From: Octopus bimaculoides
Lineage: Eukaryota
Direction: 5' to 3'
Length of the DNA stretch: 34,055 nucleotides
NCBI RefSeq assembly: GCF_001194135.2
Contig: NC_068990.1
Span: 53,888,736-53,922,790 of the forward strand
Shown here: in pieces, positions 10,581 through 21,900 of the stretch
Layout of the letters: every line of letters begins with the position of its first letter
Numbering within the stretch: position 1 is the stretch's first letter
Translations under genes and position numbers: made by a program
Notes under the pieces: generated by a model
Databases searched by the model: none
Told to the model about the DNA's origin: nothing
What the model saw: the letters and a program-made list of their open reading frames with translations, nothing else

Positions 10581-10989
10581 TACATAATGTACAATATTAC
10601 GTAATATCTTCTTTACTGTACGTAATATTTTTTTATAAATAAATTGTTTTTATTTGTAAGTCTAATAAAACTTTTTACTTTGTTTTTAAAAATGTCGAAA
10701 TATTGTTGTTTCGGATCATTGTCCAATCGATCAATTGTCCTGTCTGTAAGTTGGCTGTCTGTCAATTGTCTGTCGACCGTCTGTCGACGAATTGTCCGTC
10801 TACCGCACTGACAAGAACAACAACAACATTGCCTTCAACAACAACTATCTCAATAAAAGACAATCGTCACCACAGCCTCATCAATAACAGCAACAAGAAG
10901 AAAGTGACGAAGCTGGCAATGGACCGTCGTCTACGAGATACCAGGTGGAGTGACTCAGCTCTTTGAAAATATGGGAATATTGTAATGAA

Positions 10990-11162
10990 GGAGGAGGAGG
11001 AGGAGGACGAGGACGAGGACGAGGAGTAGGAGGACGAGGAGGAGGAGGAGGAGGAGGACGACGACGACGAGGAGTAGGAGGAGGAGGAGGACGACGACGA
11101 GGAGGACGAGGAGGACGAGGAGGACGAGGAGGACGAGGAGGACGAGGAGGACGAGGAGGAGG
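10990..11162. repeat. (GGA/CGA)n trinucleotide repeat including (GGAGGACGA)n
   Basis: Direct reading. Produces the Gly/Arg and Pro-rich ORFs. Confidence 0.92.
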
Positions 11163-11254
11163 CATTGACCCTACATCCACAGGAACTGTGAATAAAGTGG
11201 AAACATTGTACCCTCTACACTAGATAATATTATATCATATGAACCTCGGCCAGT

Positions 11255-11455
11255 TTTAAATCAAATAAATAGAAGGTATGTATGAGGCCTGTTTACCTGC
11301 TAGAAATAGCAAGCAAATCACCCCTAAATCACACCACACTGTCTTTAAAGGTGAGAAGTTATATTAGGCAATGTATTTCTTAATACTGCTTAAATGACAA
11401 GATGGTCACGGCTGGAATACCTTTTGTCTTAAGTCTGATCGATCAGAACTAAACG
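11255..11455 (+). mobile_element. Probable retroelement 3'-tail-type repeat; a more decayed relative may lie at ~12060-12225
   Basis: gaaatagca..aaatcac..gtctttaaagg..gatggtcacggctggaat..ctaaac layout. Weak similarity to 12060-12225 and to a repeat I recall from octopus DNA (unverified). Confidence 0.4.
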
Positions 11456-12771
11456 AAGGTGGATGAACAACAGCAGTAGCAACAATAATGTGAGAAATGC
11501 TGCTCAGTCGGTCGACCCTTTTTGTTTTTATCTGAAAGAAGAGTAAGCGGCCATAGCCTTCTCACCCACCCACCCCCTCTTTCCCACCCCAACAGCGGTG
11601 TGATTGGTAGGTTAACATTCTGCTTAAACCGTCGCAAGTCGATGATTGTAAGAAAAACAAGCGCAGGAGTGAAGAATTCTGGTGAAGAAGGATTGACAAT
11701 AACGCTTGTTATGTAGCTTGGGGAGTTGTAAACAAATTATATGATTAAAGAAGTAGACAGGAGTGAATCTAGACGTTCTGAGTTGACATAACACAAGACG
11801 TAGTCATCTCTGAGGAATAGAAGCTATGGCAATAACGATGGAAAATGTAGGGAGGAGACAGCACGTCTTCGGCCCAGAGGCTGGATTCTATCTATAATTG
11901 ACTTTATGGAAATTACATGAGTGTCCTTTTCCTAGATGCAGTCAAGAACGTCTATGTATGTAGTAGCAGCAACGTTGCAACTGCAGGAGTATACTCCATC
12001 AAGGGCCACACCTGAGTTTCCGATGAGGAGGGCTAGGTTTTCAGATATAATTTTTGCTGTGTTAACGATGTAATAGAAACATGCCGTCAAAAATTACACA
12101 TTTTGTCTTTAGAAAAGGACACATAGTCCTCGTTCCAAAATACTTTAAACACAGATGATTACGGTTTTGATGCGTTTGGTTACATGACTATTGACTCACT
12201 CCTGACCAGAGATTAAACAACAAAAACGCCAGAAACAAATATTACAATGTACCACAGTGTACTGCTGTTTACTGTAGGATAGAGCAGTGTATTATAATTT
12301 ACTATAGTGTATTGTAGAGTACTGTAATGTAATGTAGTGTACTGCAGTGCAAAACAGTGTACAACAATGTACTAAAATATCTGTACTGTACTGTAGTATT
12401 AATGGAGGTCGTACAATATTTCAGCAATACAATACATCAACGTTGTTATACTTATCTTATCTATATCGAATTTCGTAAAACTATTTACAACGAAGGCAAT
12501 ATCAACAGCAAAATCAGCAACCATCCTCATCCTCATCATCATCATTAACAACATTACAACCGACAACAATAGCTACAACAACAAATGCAAATTAAGCGAC
12601 AACATGGCTACCATAGATTGGAAGTATTCATAAAAGCTACGAGACGACAGCCTGATGTAGCAATACGGTGCAAGTGAAGCGCAACCAAGAGATAGATCGT
12701 AGCAAAGTACGTAATATAGATGTATGCATATAACTAGATTGAGAGTATGTTAAACAAAGAGACAGATGTGT

Positions 12772-12800
<29 letters not shown>

Positions 12801-12810
<10 letters not shown>

Positions 12811-13315
12811 GTATAGTTATACACAAAAGAGGCAACCCTTTACAGGACGCCTTACATACTAGAGAGGGCAGCCAAACCCAAACCACGAAAAAAAGCAATT
12901 CCAAAGAGAATGAAAACAACAATTATTTACAGTTAATCCCAAACTCGAATTTCTGTATTAATGAACAAATAAATTAATTAGTCATCTGTACTTCATCAAT
13001 GGGATTGCCTGAGACAATATATAGTTATGTAGCAAATACGCACCGAAATTCTAAGTGTGCTGCATACTTATACATTTATGTTTTCAAATCAACTGCGCAA
13101 GCGCAATCATACAGTCAGCAGCAAATGATAAAATTAAAACTGCTTACCAAGTTTTGAAATTATGAAAAATTTTACTTTGAAAATTATAGGGGTAGAAAAA
13201 TTAGAAAAATTTCATACCGGGGCTAGCAAGCGTAATAAAAGTCAATAGACTACATATTTTTTATATAAAGTGTATAAGAAGTAATTCCAAAGAGAATGAA
13301 AACAACAATTATTTA
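12801..13315. other. Unclassified ~515-bp segment bracketed by direct repeats, possibly a non-autonomous rolling-circle element
   Basis: 15-bp repeat (12801-12815 / 13262-13276) and 33-bp repeat (12897-12929 / 13283-13315), both exact. Confidence 0.4.
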
Positions 13316-13321
13316 AGCATT

Positions 13322-14298
13322 CTAAACGTCTGAAATCATCAGAACACCTGAATTTATCCTGCAAGTTCAATAGACCATTGATTACAATCCCAGTAGGTCC
13401 ATGGGGTCAATTTCAAAAGATCTCCATGTGTCAGAAGGAACAGTCAGAAATGTTGTCCACGAAGATATCAGATATGTCTTATATGATGAGGAAAGGTCAA
13501 TTTGTCAGAAAAAGCAAAAGAAAATCACTACATCAGATTTAAAAGTCTCTTAAACAAACTGAAAAATCTAGCAGAAGATTTGATTTGGTTTTTCTCAAAC
13601 GAGAAAACTTCGACCAAGATCAAAAGGTGAACAGAAAAAAATGACAGACGGTTATGTGCAGACCCTTCTGAAGTTCCAAGTGTTATGCATACAAAATTTC
13701 CTGCGACTCTCATGCTTTTAGGGGTTGTCAGCAATGAAGGACATGTGATGCCTCCTTACTTCCTTCCACAAGACCTTAGAGTTAACTCTGCTACCTACAT
13801 TGAGGTCCTGGAAATAATTGTTAAGTCCTGGATAGATAGTGTATGCAATGGAAGGCCATATGTGTTTCAGTAAAACTCTGCACTATCACACATGGCTCTA
13901 GTAACACAGGAATGGATGGCTGAAAATTTTCATGATCACATAACCCCTATCATTTGGCCTCCTAATTCCTCAGATCTCAATCCATTGGATTATTACATGT
14001 AGAGCATTGCTGAGAGAGAGGTCAATGAACATGGCCATAACACCAAAGATCCTTTGAAAGCTGCCATAGTCAGGGTAATGTCCAAAATGAACCAGGACCA
14101 CTTCATTAGAGCATGTAGATGATTTAGATCTCATTTAGAAGCAGCTATTGAAGCTGAAGGTGGCTTTATTGAACAACATTATAGAAAAGGTTTATTTTTA
14201 TCCTCAAAGCATTTTCTTATAAACAAAGTTATAATCTGTTATTATATATTTGCTTTTTTATAAACATAAATCTGTCCTCAAATCTCTTACGCACCCTG
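13322..14298 (+). mobile_element. Tc1/mariner DD37D (maT) transposon, 5'-truncated pseudogene with intact 3' end
   Basis: FFSNEK..DQDQKVNRKND..PSVMHTKFPATLMLLGVVSNEGHVMPP..YVFQ*(N)SA..WPPNSSDLNPLDY. The spacing between the second and third catalytic positions is 37 aa. 3' end ..cttacgcaccctg followed by TA. Confidence 0.85.
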
Positions 14299-14512
14299 TA
14301 TATGTTTATAAATATATACACACACCTCACATCAGAAATATACATTAAATTAACGGTACATTTATTTTGATTTTGATTTTGATTGTTTTAGTCGGTTTTA
14401 TTTTCACATCTTTTCTTGCTTTTATTTATTTTTATTTTTTGTGTTTGTAATTCTGTTCACGCGAATCGCCCCCTATCTCTATCGACCACCCCTTTCTTAC
14501 ACACATACGCAC

Positions 14513-14553
<41 letters not shown>

Positions 14554-15091
14554 GGTTGGTGAATGTGTATATATATATGTAAGGTAAAATTGTAAGGTAA
14601 CGACCGTGCGAACTCAAAAAATGGGATATGGTGACGAATGGAAAAACCGAGGACTCCTTTTCTTTAAACGTGTCACACGGTCGAACTCACAATACATATC
14701 AATGGATGATATACGTGATATGTTATACTACGATAACATAGATGACCAGCAATGAAAGACCACAACCGTATTAGATGAATAACAGAGATATTTATTGTAG
14801 CGTTAAAGATGTATGTCTGTATGAGAGTGTGAATGCGACATATAAGAACATAATCAAAGACAGGCCGTCATACAAAGAAAAGTGTGTATGTGAGTGATAC
14901 ATGTGTGAGTTATTACAGCAGATAGAAAGAGAATCAATAACACGTGAACAATTATACCAGTTCGTTAGTACACTATAGGAAAAGTTCTGAATGTGAAAGT
15001 GAGGAGAGGCTGAGTGTGGCAGTGCTGATCACTAGTTGTGATGTCGTGGCATCGATGCCGGGCCGTGATTCTTGTTATACAGATGTTCGTC

Positions 15092-15760
15092 NNNNNNNNN
15101 NNNNNNNNNNNNNNNNNNNNNNNNNNNNNNNNNNNNNNNNNNNNNNNNNNNNNNNNNNNNNNNNNNNNNNNNNNNNNNNNNNNNNNNNNNNNNNNNNNNN
15201 NNNNNNNNNNNNNNNNNNNNNNNNNNNNNNNNNNNNNNNNNNNNNNNNNNNNNNNNNNNNNNNNNNNNNNNNNNNNNNNNNNNNNNNNNNNNNNNNNNNN
15301 NNNNNNNNNNNNNNNNNNNNNNNNNNNNNNNNNNNNNNNNNNNNNNNNNNNNNNNNNNNNNNNNNNNNNNNNNNNNNNNNNNNNNNNNNNNNNNNNNNNN
15401 NNNNNNNNNNNNNNNNNNNNNNNNNNNNNNNNNNNNNNNNNNNNNNNNNNNNNNNNNNNNNNNNNNNNNNNNNNNNNNNNNNNNNNNNNNNNNNNNNNNN
15501 NNNNNNNNNNNNNNNNNNNNNNNNNNNNNNNNNNNNNNNNNNNNNNNNNNNNNNNNNNNNNNNNNNNNNNNNNNNNNNNNNNNNNNNNNNNNNNNNNNNN
15601 NNNNNNNNNNNNNNNNNNNNNNNNNNNNNNNNNNNNNNNNNNNNNNNNNNNNNNNNNNNNNNNNNNNNNNNNNNNNNNNNNNNNNNNNNNNNNNNNNNNN
15701 NNNNNNNNNNNNNNNNNNNNNNNNNNNNNNNNNNNNNNNNNNNNNNNNNNNNNNNNNNNN
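15092..15760. other. Assembly gap (669 N)
   Basis: Run of N. Confidence 1.
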
Positions 15761-15765
15761 CTCTA

Positions 15766-15860
15766 TCACGTGACCTTATTAGGGGCCGTGATTGGTCAGT
15801 TTGCGTTCTGGCGGGAAAGGTTCGAAGAAGTTGCCGATTCGAATAATGATCGTCACGTGA
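15766..15860. promoter_or_regulatory. Promoter-like motif cluster: two TCACGTGA E-boxes, reverse CCAAT box, E2F site
   Basis: TCACGTGA 15766-15773; ATTGG 15791-15795; GGCGGGAAA 15810-15818 (reverse complement TTTCCCGCC); TCACGTGA 15853-15860. Locally CpG-rich. Motif evidence only. Confidence 0.45.
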
Positions 15861-16204
15861 TGACAAGGAATGGGTTCTCTACTACGCTCGCATTTATTTA
15901 TATTTAAATGAGAAGAATGGCGATAGCAGTTTTGTATCTAATGGCGGTAGGTAGTTTCACTACATATACGTTTATGAATTTGTGTTGCAAGATTCCTGAT
16001 GTGAAACCGTGTGTTGAAACAAATATTGTTATATATCGGGATGATCATTTTTGCTTTGCCAAATAAACACATGCACTATATATTCGTTCTTCACTCGTTT
16101 ATTACTGTTCTTATTTTATCTTATGTCCAGTGTCCAGAAATCTTTCATCATACATCTGTGACCTCTTCAGCGACATTTTCCGTCCACGTGTATCCTCCTG
16201 CTCC

Positions 16205-16550
16205 ACTTAGTCCATTATAATAGAGCGATTTACGCCACACATTAAGAAGTCAACCAGTGCAAGCTTTGTATAGCTGAAAGATATTTTAAGTCTAAGAAGT
16301 CGAGAATAGAAATGTTCACAAGATGCAAGGATCTCGATAAATTTCTCCTATCAAACAGGAGGACACTACCCCCTCCAGATTAGTCATACAATCATACAAA
16401 TTTTAACCTTTCCATATCGGATTAACTCCACTAACCATTGCATAAACTATTATCATTATTACTCTTCTGGCCGCGTTTGTTAGATGATATTCGCTGGTGG
16501 ATGTAATATATTTTTGTTAACCCTACGAATAATGAAACAGTACAGTATAC
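16205..16550 (+). mobile_element. Penelope-like element 3' remnant (GIY-YIG-associated C-terminus plus 3' region)
   Basis: SIIIERFTPHIKKS / NQCKLCIAERYFKSKKSRIEMFTRCKDLDKFLL matches the CxLCxxE...C C-terminal pattern also seen at 26987-27292. Confidence 0.6.
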
Positions 16551-17084
16551 TACATGTGTGTGTGTGTGTGTGTGTCTCGAGTAAGCACATAAATGCAAAA
16601 TAACTGTCCGACGAACGGACAAAGTAACTGCAATGAATTTGCCTTTTAGCACTTGAAATATGTCAAACATATTTTAACTAAGCTAGACTTTGCTTATGCC
16701 TAAACACTGTGCAGCGCTAATATTTAGGTAATTTCCACGATCTCGATGACTTACTGGTACAAATGAGTCAATGTTGTTGACTATATTTTAGTTAAAGCTA
16801 CAGCTTTATAAGGTCTGTCCAGTGTTGCCCCTCTTAAGTATTTCCCATTTCCATTGATAACGAGCAAGAGATATCCATGTCTGGGAATCCTGATAGATGT
16901 CGACACTGGACAGATATGGTGTTTTTACACCTTTTTATCATAAGAGAATTTTTTTCCATCATAACTGCAGCGAATTTGCCTTTTGGCAGTCAAAATATCT
17001 CACAAATATATTTTATCTAACCTAAACTTTGCTTATGCCTAAATACTGCTTGGCGCTTCTATTTCGGTAATATATAAATATTTT

Positions 17085-17303
17085 GAGGCGGTGAGCTGGA
17101 AGAAACGTTAACACGCCGGGTGAAGTGCTTAGTGGTATTTCGTCTGTCTTTACATTCTGAGTTCAAATTCCACCGAGGTCGACTTTGGCTTTCATCCTTT
17201 CAGGGTCGATTAAATAAGTACCAGTTACGCACTGGAGTCAATGTAATCGACTTAATTTGTTTGTCCCCTCTATGTTTAGCCCCCTGTGGGCAATAAAGAA
17301 ATA
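17085..17303 (+). mobile_element. SINE family A
   Basis: gaggcggtgagctgg head, ttctgagttcaaattcc box B-like motif, tail gtgggcaataaagaaataa. Confidence 0.88.
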
Positions 17304-17419
17304 AATATATATATATGTGTATATGTATATATATATATACAGTATATGTATGTATATATGGGAGAATATACAAAAAATAACAACAGACGAGGACAGGTGG
17401 TGTAAATAACAAAAGTATA

Positions 17420-17425
17420 TATTAG

Positions 17426-17504
<79 letters not shown>

Positions 17505-17660
17505 GTATGTATATGTATATATGTAGAAAGAGAGACATATACATATATATATATATACATACACATACATATATAACTGCATATATATGCATATACATAC
17601 ATACATACATGCATACATACATACATACATACATACATACATACATACATACACACACAT
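17420..17660. repeat. (TA)n/(TATG)n/(CATA)n microsatellite field
   Basis: Direct reading. Confidence 0.92.
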
Positions 17661-18671
17661 GTGTGTATCGTAGACGTATAAGTTTTTTTTAATGCAGAAA
17701 TATATCAACAATGAGTGAAAATCATCAGGAGCAGCGGTAGCATTACAAAATGTGAATTTCTGCTTCCTTGAGCTTTATCGGTATTCACTGGCACCCCATG
17801 CTAAGTTACTAATGAAGTTCAAAAAAGCAGACGCAAAATTCTGAATTTAGCAGTGCCACCACTGCCACTCGACGAGTTTCGTTTACTGCTGATATATTTC
17901 TGTGTTTTTTAACACTGCATATCTATAAAAGACGCTTTCTCGAGATGAATAGATGATTTTACCAATATATATATATGCTTTGTGATCTACAGATTGCTAG
18001 TATGTATGTATTTGTGTGCGTGTGTGTGCGTGCGTGTGTTGTATAGAGAAACTGTACCCCCCACCCCGATAAAAAAAATGGTAAGACTCAGCCATTATAA
18101 ATAAACCAGTAGCCGATCTTCAAGAGAGGGTCAAGAGTCGAAGAGTTGAGAGTCGGTTGTTCTAGTCGGTGTCTTGTGAAGCTATCAGCGATAGTAAGAC
18201 AGAAGTTAGTGTGTTACTATACCGGTACGAAGGGATACAACGCTATCCGATGACTAGTAACTATTGTGGCTACTAGCGTAAAACAGCAAATACAGTTCAG
18301 CGACAGTCACACATCGCACAAATGGGAGGAACCCACTTTACAACAATATATATATTTACATATACATCTACGTACGTATATATATGCATATATAAAAATA
18401 TATATACAGGCACACGCATATACATACACATACATATATGTACATATTTGCGTATGTGTGTAACGCTTCTGTCGGTCAAGTATAACTACGTATCTTCACC
18501 TGATAAGTTTTTTCTCATCGAAGACGAATAGCTTCCATGCAGCAAAGCCCTCCTCTCTCGAATGTAATCCAAATCGCAAAGGCCGTTACATGTCGGCTCC
18601 AGTGTCGTTGCAGGAGAACGGAGAATGTGAAGATCTCGGTAACAAGGTATTCCATGCCTTCATCAAGCTGG

Positions 18672-18796
18672 ACTGGTTCTTTGTTTTGTTGATCCTGGAA
18701 TAATGAAAGGAAAACTTAACTTTGGCAGAAATTGAGCTCAGAACATAAGGAAGGGGAATAAACAAAACATTTCGTACGACCCTCTAACGGTTCTGT

Positions 18797-18797
<1 letters not shown>
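18672..18797 (-). mobile_element. Decayed SINE family A, minus strand
   Basis: Reverse complement gives gacagaaccgttagag..atgttctgagctcaatttctgccaaagt..cctttcat. Confidence 0.65.
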
Positions 18798-18850
<53 letters not shown>

Positions 18851-18892
18851 NNNNNNNNNNNNNNNNNNNNNNNNNNNNNNNNNNNNNNNNNN

Positions 18893-18945
<53 letters not shown>
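18798..18945. repeat. (CA)n and (TA)n flanking a 42-N assembly gap (18851-18892)
   Basis: Direct reading. Confidence 0.95.
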
Positions 18946-18947
<2 letters not shown>

Positions 18948-20102
18948 CATACACGTATATATACATGTATGCATATATATCTTTACGTATATATATATAT
19001 GTATATACATGCATACAAAGATACAAACGTATGTACTTGTGTGTATCTCTGTGTATGTGCGTGTGTGTGTGTGTAAGTATGTATGTATTTATGTACATAT
19101 ATTATCTACCCATCTATTTATCTCCCAATCTATCTAGTTATATATATTTATCTATGTTCCGCTCTCTTTATATCTTTCAAACACAGCAGGGGCTCTCCAA
19201 AGACAGACGAAAAAGTTTGTTTCTTTCAAAGACTCCGCCTCTGTTGCTTGTATTTTCTAGAGCAACCTCCCTCCAATACAACAAACCTGCCATGTTTACC
19301 GTATCCAAGAATAAATTCTGACAACTTCACAAGAAAATAGTGATAATAATAATATCAGTCAGTAATGAAATAGGCTAAAGACAAATATTTTTCCTGCTAA
19401 CCTTCTGGTAATCTAATCGTTGTATGGAGTAAAGCAACTCTTCGAGATCTTTAATAATACACCATTTCGTTAGAACGTCGCTCTATATATTTAAACAGCT
19501 CGTTTTTCTTTAAGATGCCTGAGATGATGATGAAGAGGGAGATAGCATTTCGTTCGTTTAAGGGCGGTTGTTCGTAGCAGCAAAGGTAGAATGCTGGAGT
19601 AAAACTGTTACAGTATCTAGTTTCGAGCTTCTAAAGTCTGATTTCAAATCTCGTCAAAGTTGATTATTTTCTTTTTATCCAATCCTAAAGATGGGATAAA
19701 AAATATAATGGAAAAATTGCGATTACCAGATAAAATGTAGTTATGCGATTTTCGAGGATCGACTGATTTTATATCATCCTCTCTTGTACAAATATGGGAT
19801 CATATGCCACAATTTATAGAAGAGAAGACCATACTTATATACATATAAACAAATACATATACATATGTATACACGCATACATATATACACACATGCATGC
19901 ACACATACGTACTTTGTACATTTGATGTTCACATATATATAAGATACATACGTATGCGAGTGTATGTAAATGTATATGTATGTGTGCATGTGTCGAGGCG
20001 TATACAACTATTTCAGGCACAGGAAATCCAGTCAAAGATACAATAAGGATACAGCTACGGTATGCATGACAATATTTATATGACATTTATAACTATATAA
20101 TA

Positions 20103-20510
20103 GGCGTAGGAATGGCTGTGTGGTAAGTAGCTTGCTTACGAACCACATGGTTCCGGGTTCAGTTCCACTGCGTGGCACCTTGGGCAAGTGTCTTCTAGTA
20201 TAGTCTCGAGCCGACCATAGCCTTGTGAGTGGATTTGGTTGAAGGAAACTGAAAGAAGCCCGTCGTATATATGTATATATGTATGTGTGTGTGTGTATAT
20301 GCTTGTGTGTCTGTGTTTGTCACCCCAATATCACTTGGAAACTGAAGCTGGTGTGTTTACGTCCCCGTAACTTAGCGGCTCGGCATAAGAGACCGATCGA
20401 ATAAGTACTAGGCTTACAAAGAATAAGTCTTGAGGTCGATTTGCTCGACTAAAGGCGGTGCTCCAGCATTGCCACAGTCAAATGACTGAAACAAGTAAAA
20501 GAGTAAAGAA
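20103..20510 (+). mobile_element. tRNA-derived SINE, family B
   Basis: ggcgtaggaatggctgtgtggtaagtagc head, ccgggttcagttcc box B-like motif, core and tail homologous to the 6135 and 7504 copies. Confidence 0.9.
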
Positions 20511-21702
20511 TGGATTCTCATAGTCGAGAGATGGAAAGGAAAATCTTGTATTGGCCTGCTTACCTTTTATGCATGTTCGTACACTCACACAATGCACAAA
20601 AACACTCACCCGTACATAAATACACTCACACACATAAATGCACTCATCCACTCATACATTCACAAGCATACACAGATATTCACACATATATACATGTACA
20701 CTCACACGTATACACACAAACGTTTATATTTGTTTTATTGAGGCTGAAAAGACTTCCCCCCAAAACACAGAGCTTATTCAGAATGTCAATGGAGAATCAT
20801 CAGGCACCGGTGTTTTGGACCTGATTTCACCTTCTCAATTACGAATACACACTGTGGATATTCTATCAATAAGTTACGTTAAAATGTTTGTCCCTATACA
20901 GAAGTCAGCAAACAAGACATTCAGAGAATTGTGACACATAGTGCTACGTTTGTATATACATTGTAAATGTTATACACAGCGTATATCAATACATACACAC
21001 ACGCACACAGGGAGAGGCGGGGAGAAAAAGAAAACAAAAGCTCGCTTGCTAGCTAGACAGACACACAGACAGGCAGATAGGCAGATAGGCAGACAGACAA
21101 ACAGGCAGACACACAAGTAAATAACTTGCTTTAAACTATTTGCTTATCTCTAACAATATGAAAAAGCATTCTTCAGACACTCGGAGAGAATTAATGTTTG
21201 ACGAACGGCAACTAAGTTATTTATGGGTAACGCCTGAGAGCAGAATATTCGGGTAGAATGAAGGGGACCATTACTTTGATATGAGCAAGCGTTACTGAAA
21301 AGAGACAGAAAGTCGGTCATTCATGTGCTGGAAGAAAAGTGTAGGCGACATAGCCGAGTCTTGGCGGCACAAGAATTGGTGACACTGGGAGAAGTATCCG
21401 ATCAAAGAGATTAGAGTCAGATGGAGCCCATGATCCGGCCGGCTAACCAGATTTTTGTTCTATGCACGATCAAATACGTTTCTGGTGTCAAATGCAACGA
21501 CATTTTTCCCCCTCCCATCGACTTTATAAATCGAGATCGACCTCTGGTGCATGATATAGAAAAGTTGACCTTCAGCAGATCTGGCCCAACAAAGAATATT
21601 GGTAGCTATTGATGAAGGAGAGAAACTCAAGGAGTGGCTTTTAACAACTATTTCCATCACTTTTACAACATTTGGAGAGCGATAAGTCAATTGTTGGCGG
21701 AG

Positions 21703-21900
21703 TTGGGACACACTGTATCATGATTTCCAAAATCAAAGAGAGAGAGGTTGAGAAATTGAGGCCTTGCCCTAAGCATGAATAGGGACCAGCTTTTGGGACA
21801 CACTGTATCAGGATTTCGAAGATCAAGGTAGATTCTTGGACAGAGAGGTAGAGATTGAGGCCATGCCTTAAGCGATAATAGGGGCTAGCTTTGGGTGCAC
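21703..21900. repeat. Diverged tandem repeat, ~90-98-bp unit, 2 copies plus start of a third
   Basis: ttgggacacactgtatca at 21703 and 21793; ttggg again at 21891; shared attgaggcc.tgcc.taagc..atagg..agctt. Confidence 0.8.

Larger units (their letters stand above)
9194..10804 (+). mobile_element. Mutator-like (MULE) DNA transposon with FLYWCH domain, internally deleted and interrupted by three SINEs
   Basis: Imperfect TIRs rich in gacaat repeats (cagacaattcgtcggcagac vs reverse complement cggacaattcgtcgacagac). 8-bp TSD gcattgac (9186-9193) / gcactgac (10805-10812), 1 mismatch. ORF 9253-9750 has FLYWCH-like GGRKLLYKGYAY..CWRC..C.AR. Frameshifted continuation EWLCNGTFDSVPLGKQLYIIHA..VPLLYC is the MULE first-D motif (DGTF mutated to NGTF). 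The rest of the catalytic domain is absent. Confidence 0.85.

Noticed and set aside
10881-11223. RGG-like Gly/Arg-rich or Pro-rich ORF
   Set aside because: It is a (GGA/CGA)n repeat. The acidic frame contains TAG stops, and there is no flanking domain or convincing splice context.
11590-11655. Strong pyrimidine tract plus cag as a splice acceptor
   Set aside because: No recognisable coding content or partner exon. Unsupported without RNA data.
12240-12460. tgtac/actgt-rich stretch
   Set aside because: Degenerate pentamer low-complexity sequence with no further structure.
14944-15907. Five long ORFs (233-300 aa) in the track
   Set aside because: They are open only because they cross the 669-N gap.
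16140-16275. Apparent minus-strand exon (tttcag|...acagat|gtatga)
   Set aside because: Stops in all frames, and the region overlaps the Penelope remnant on the plus strand.
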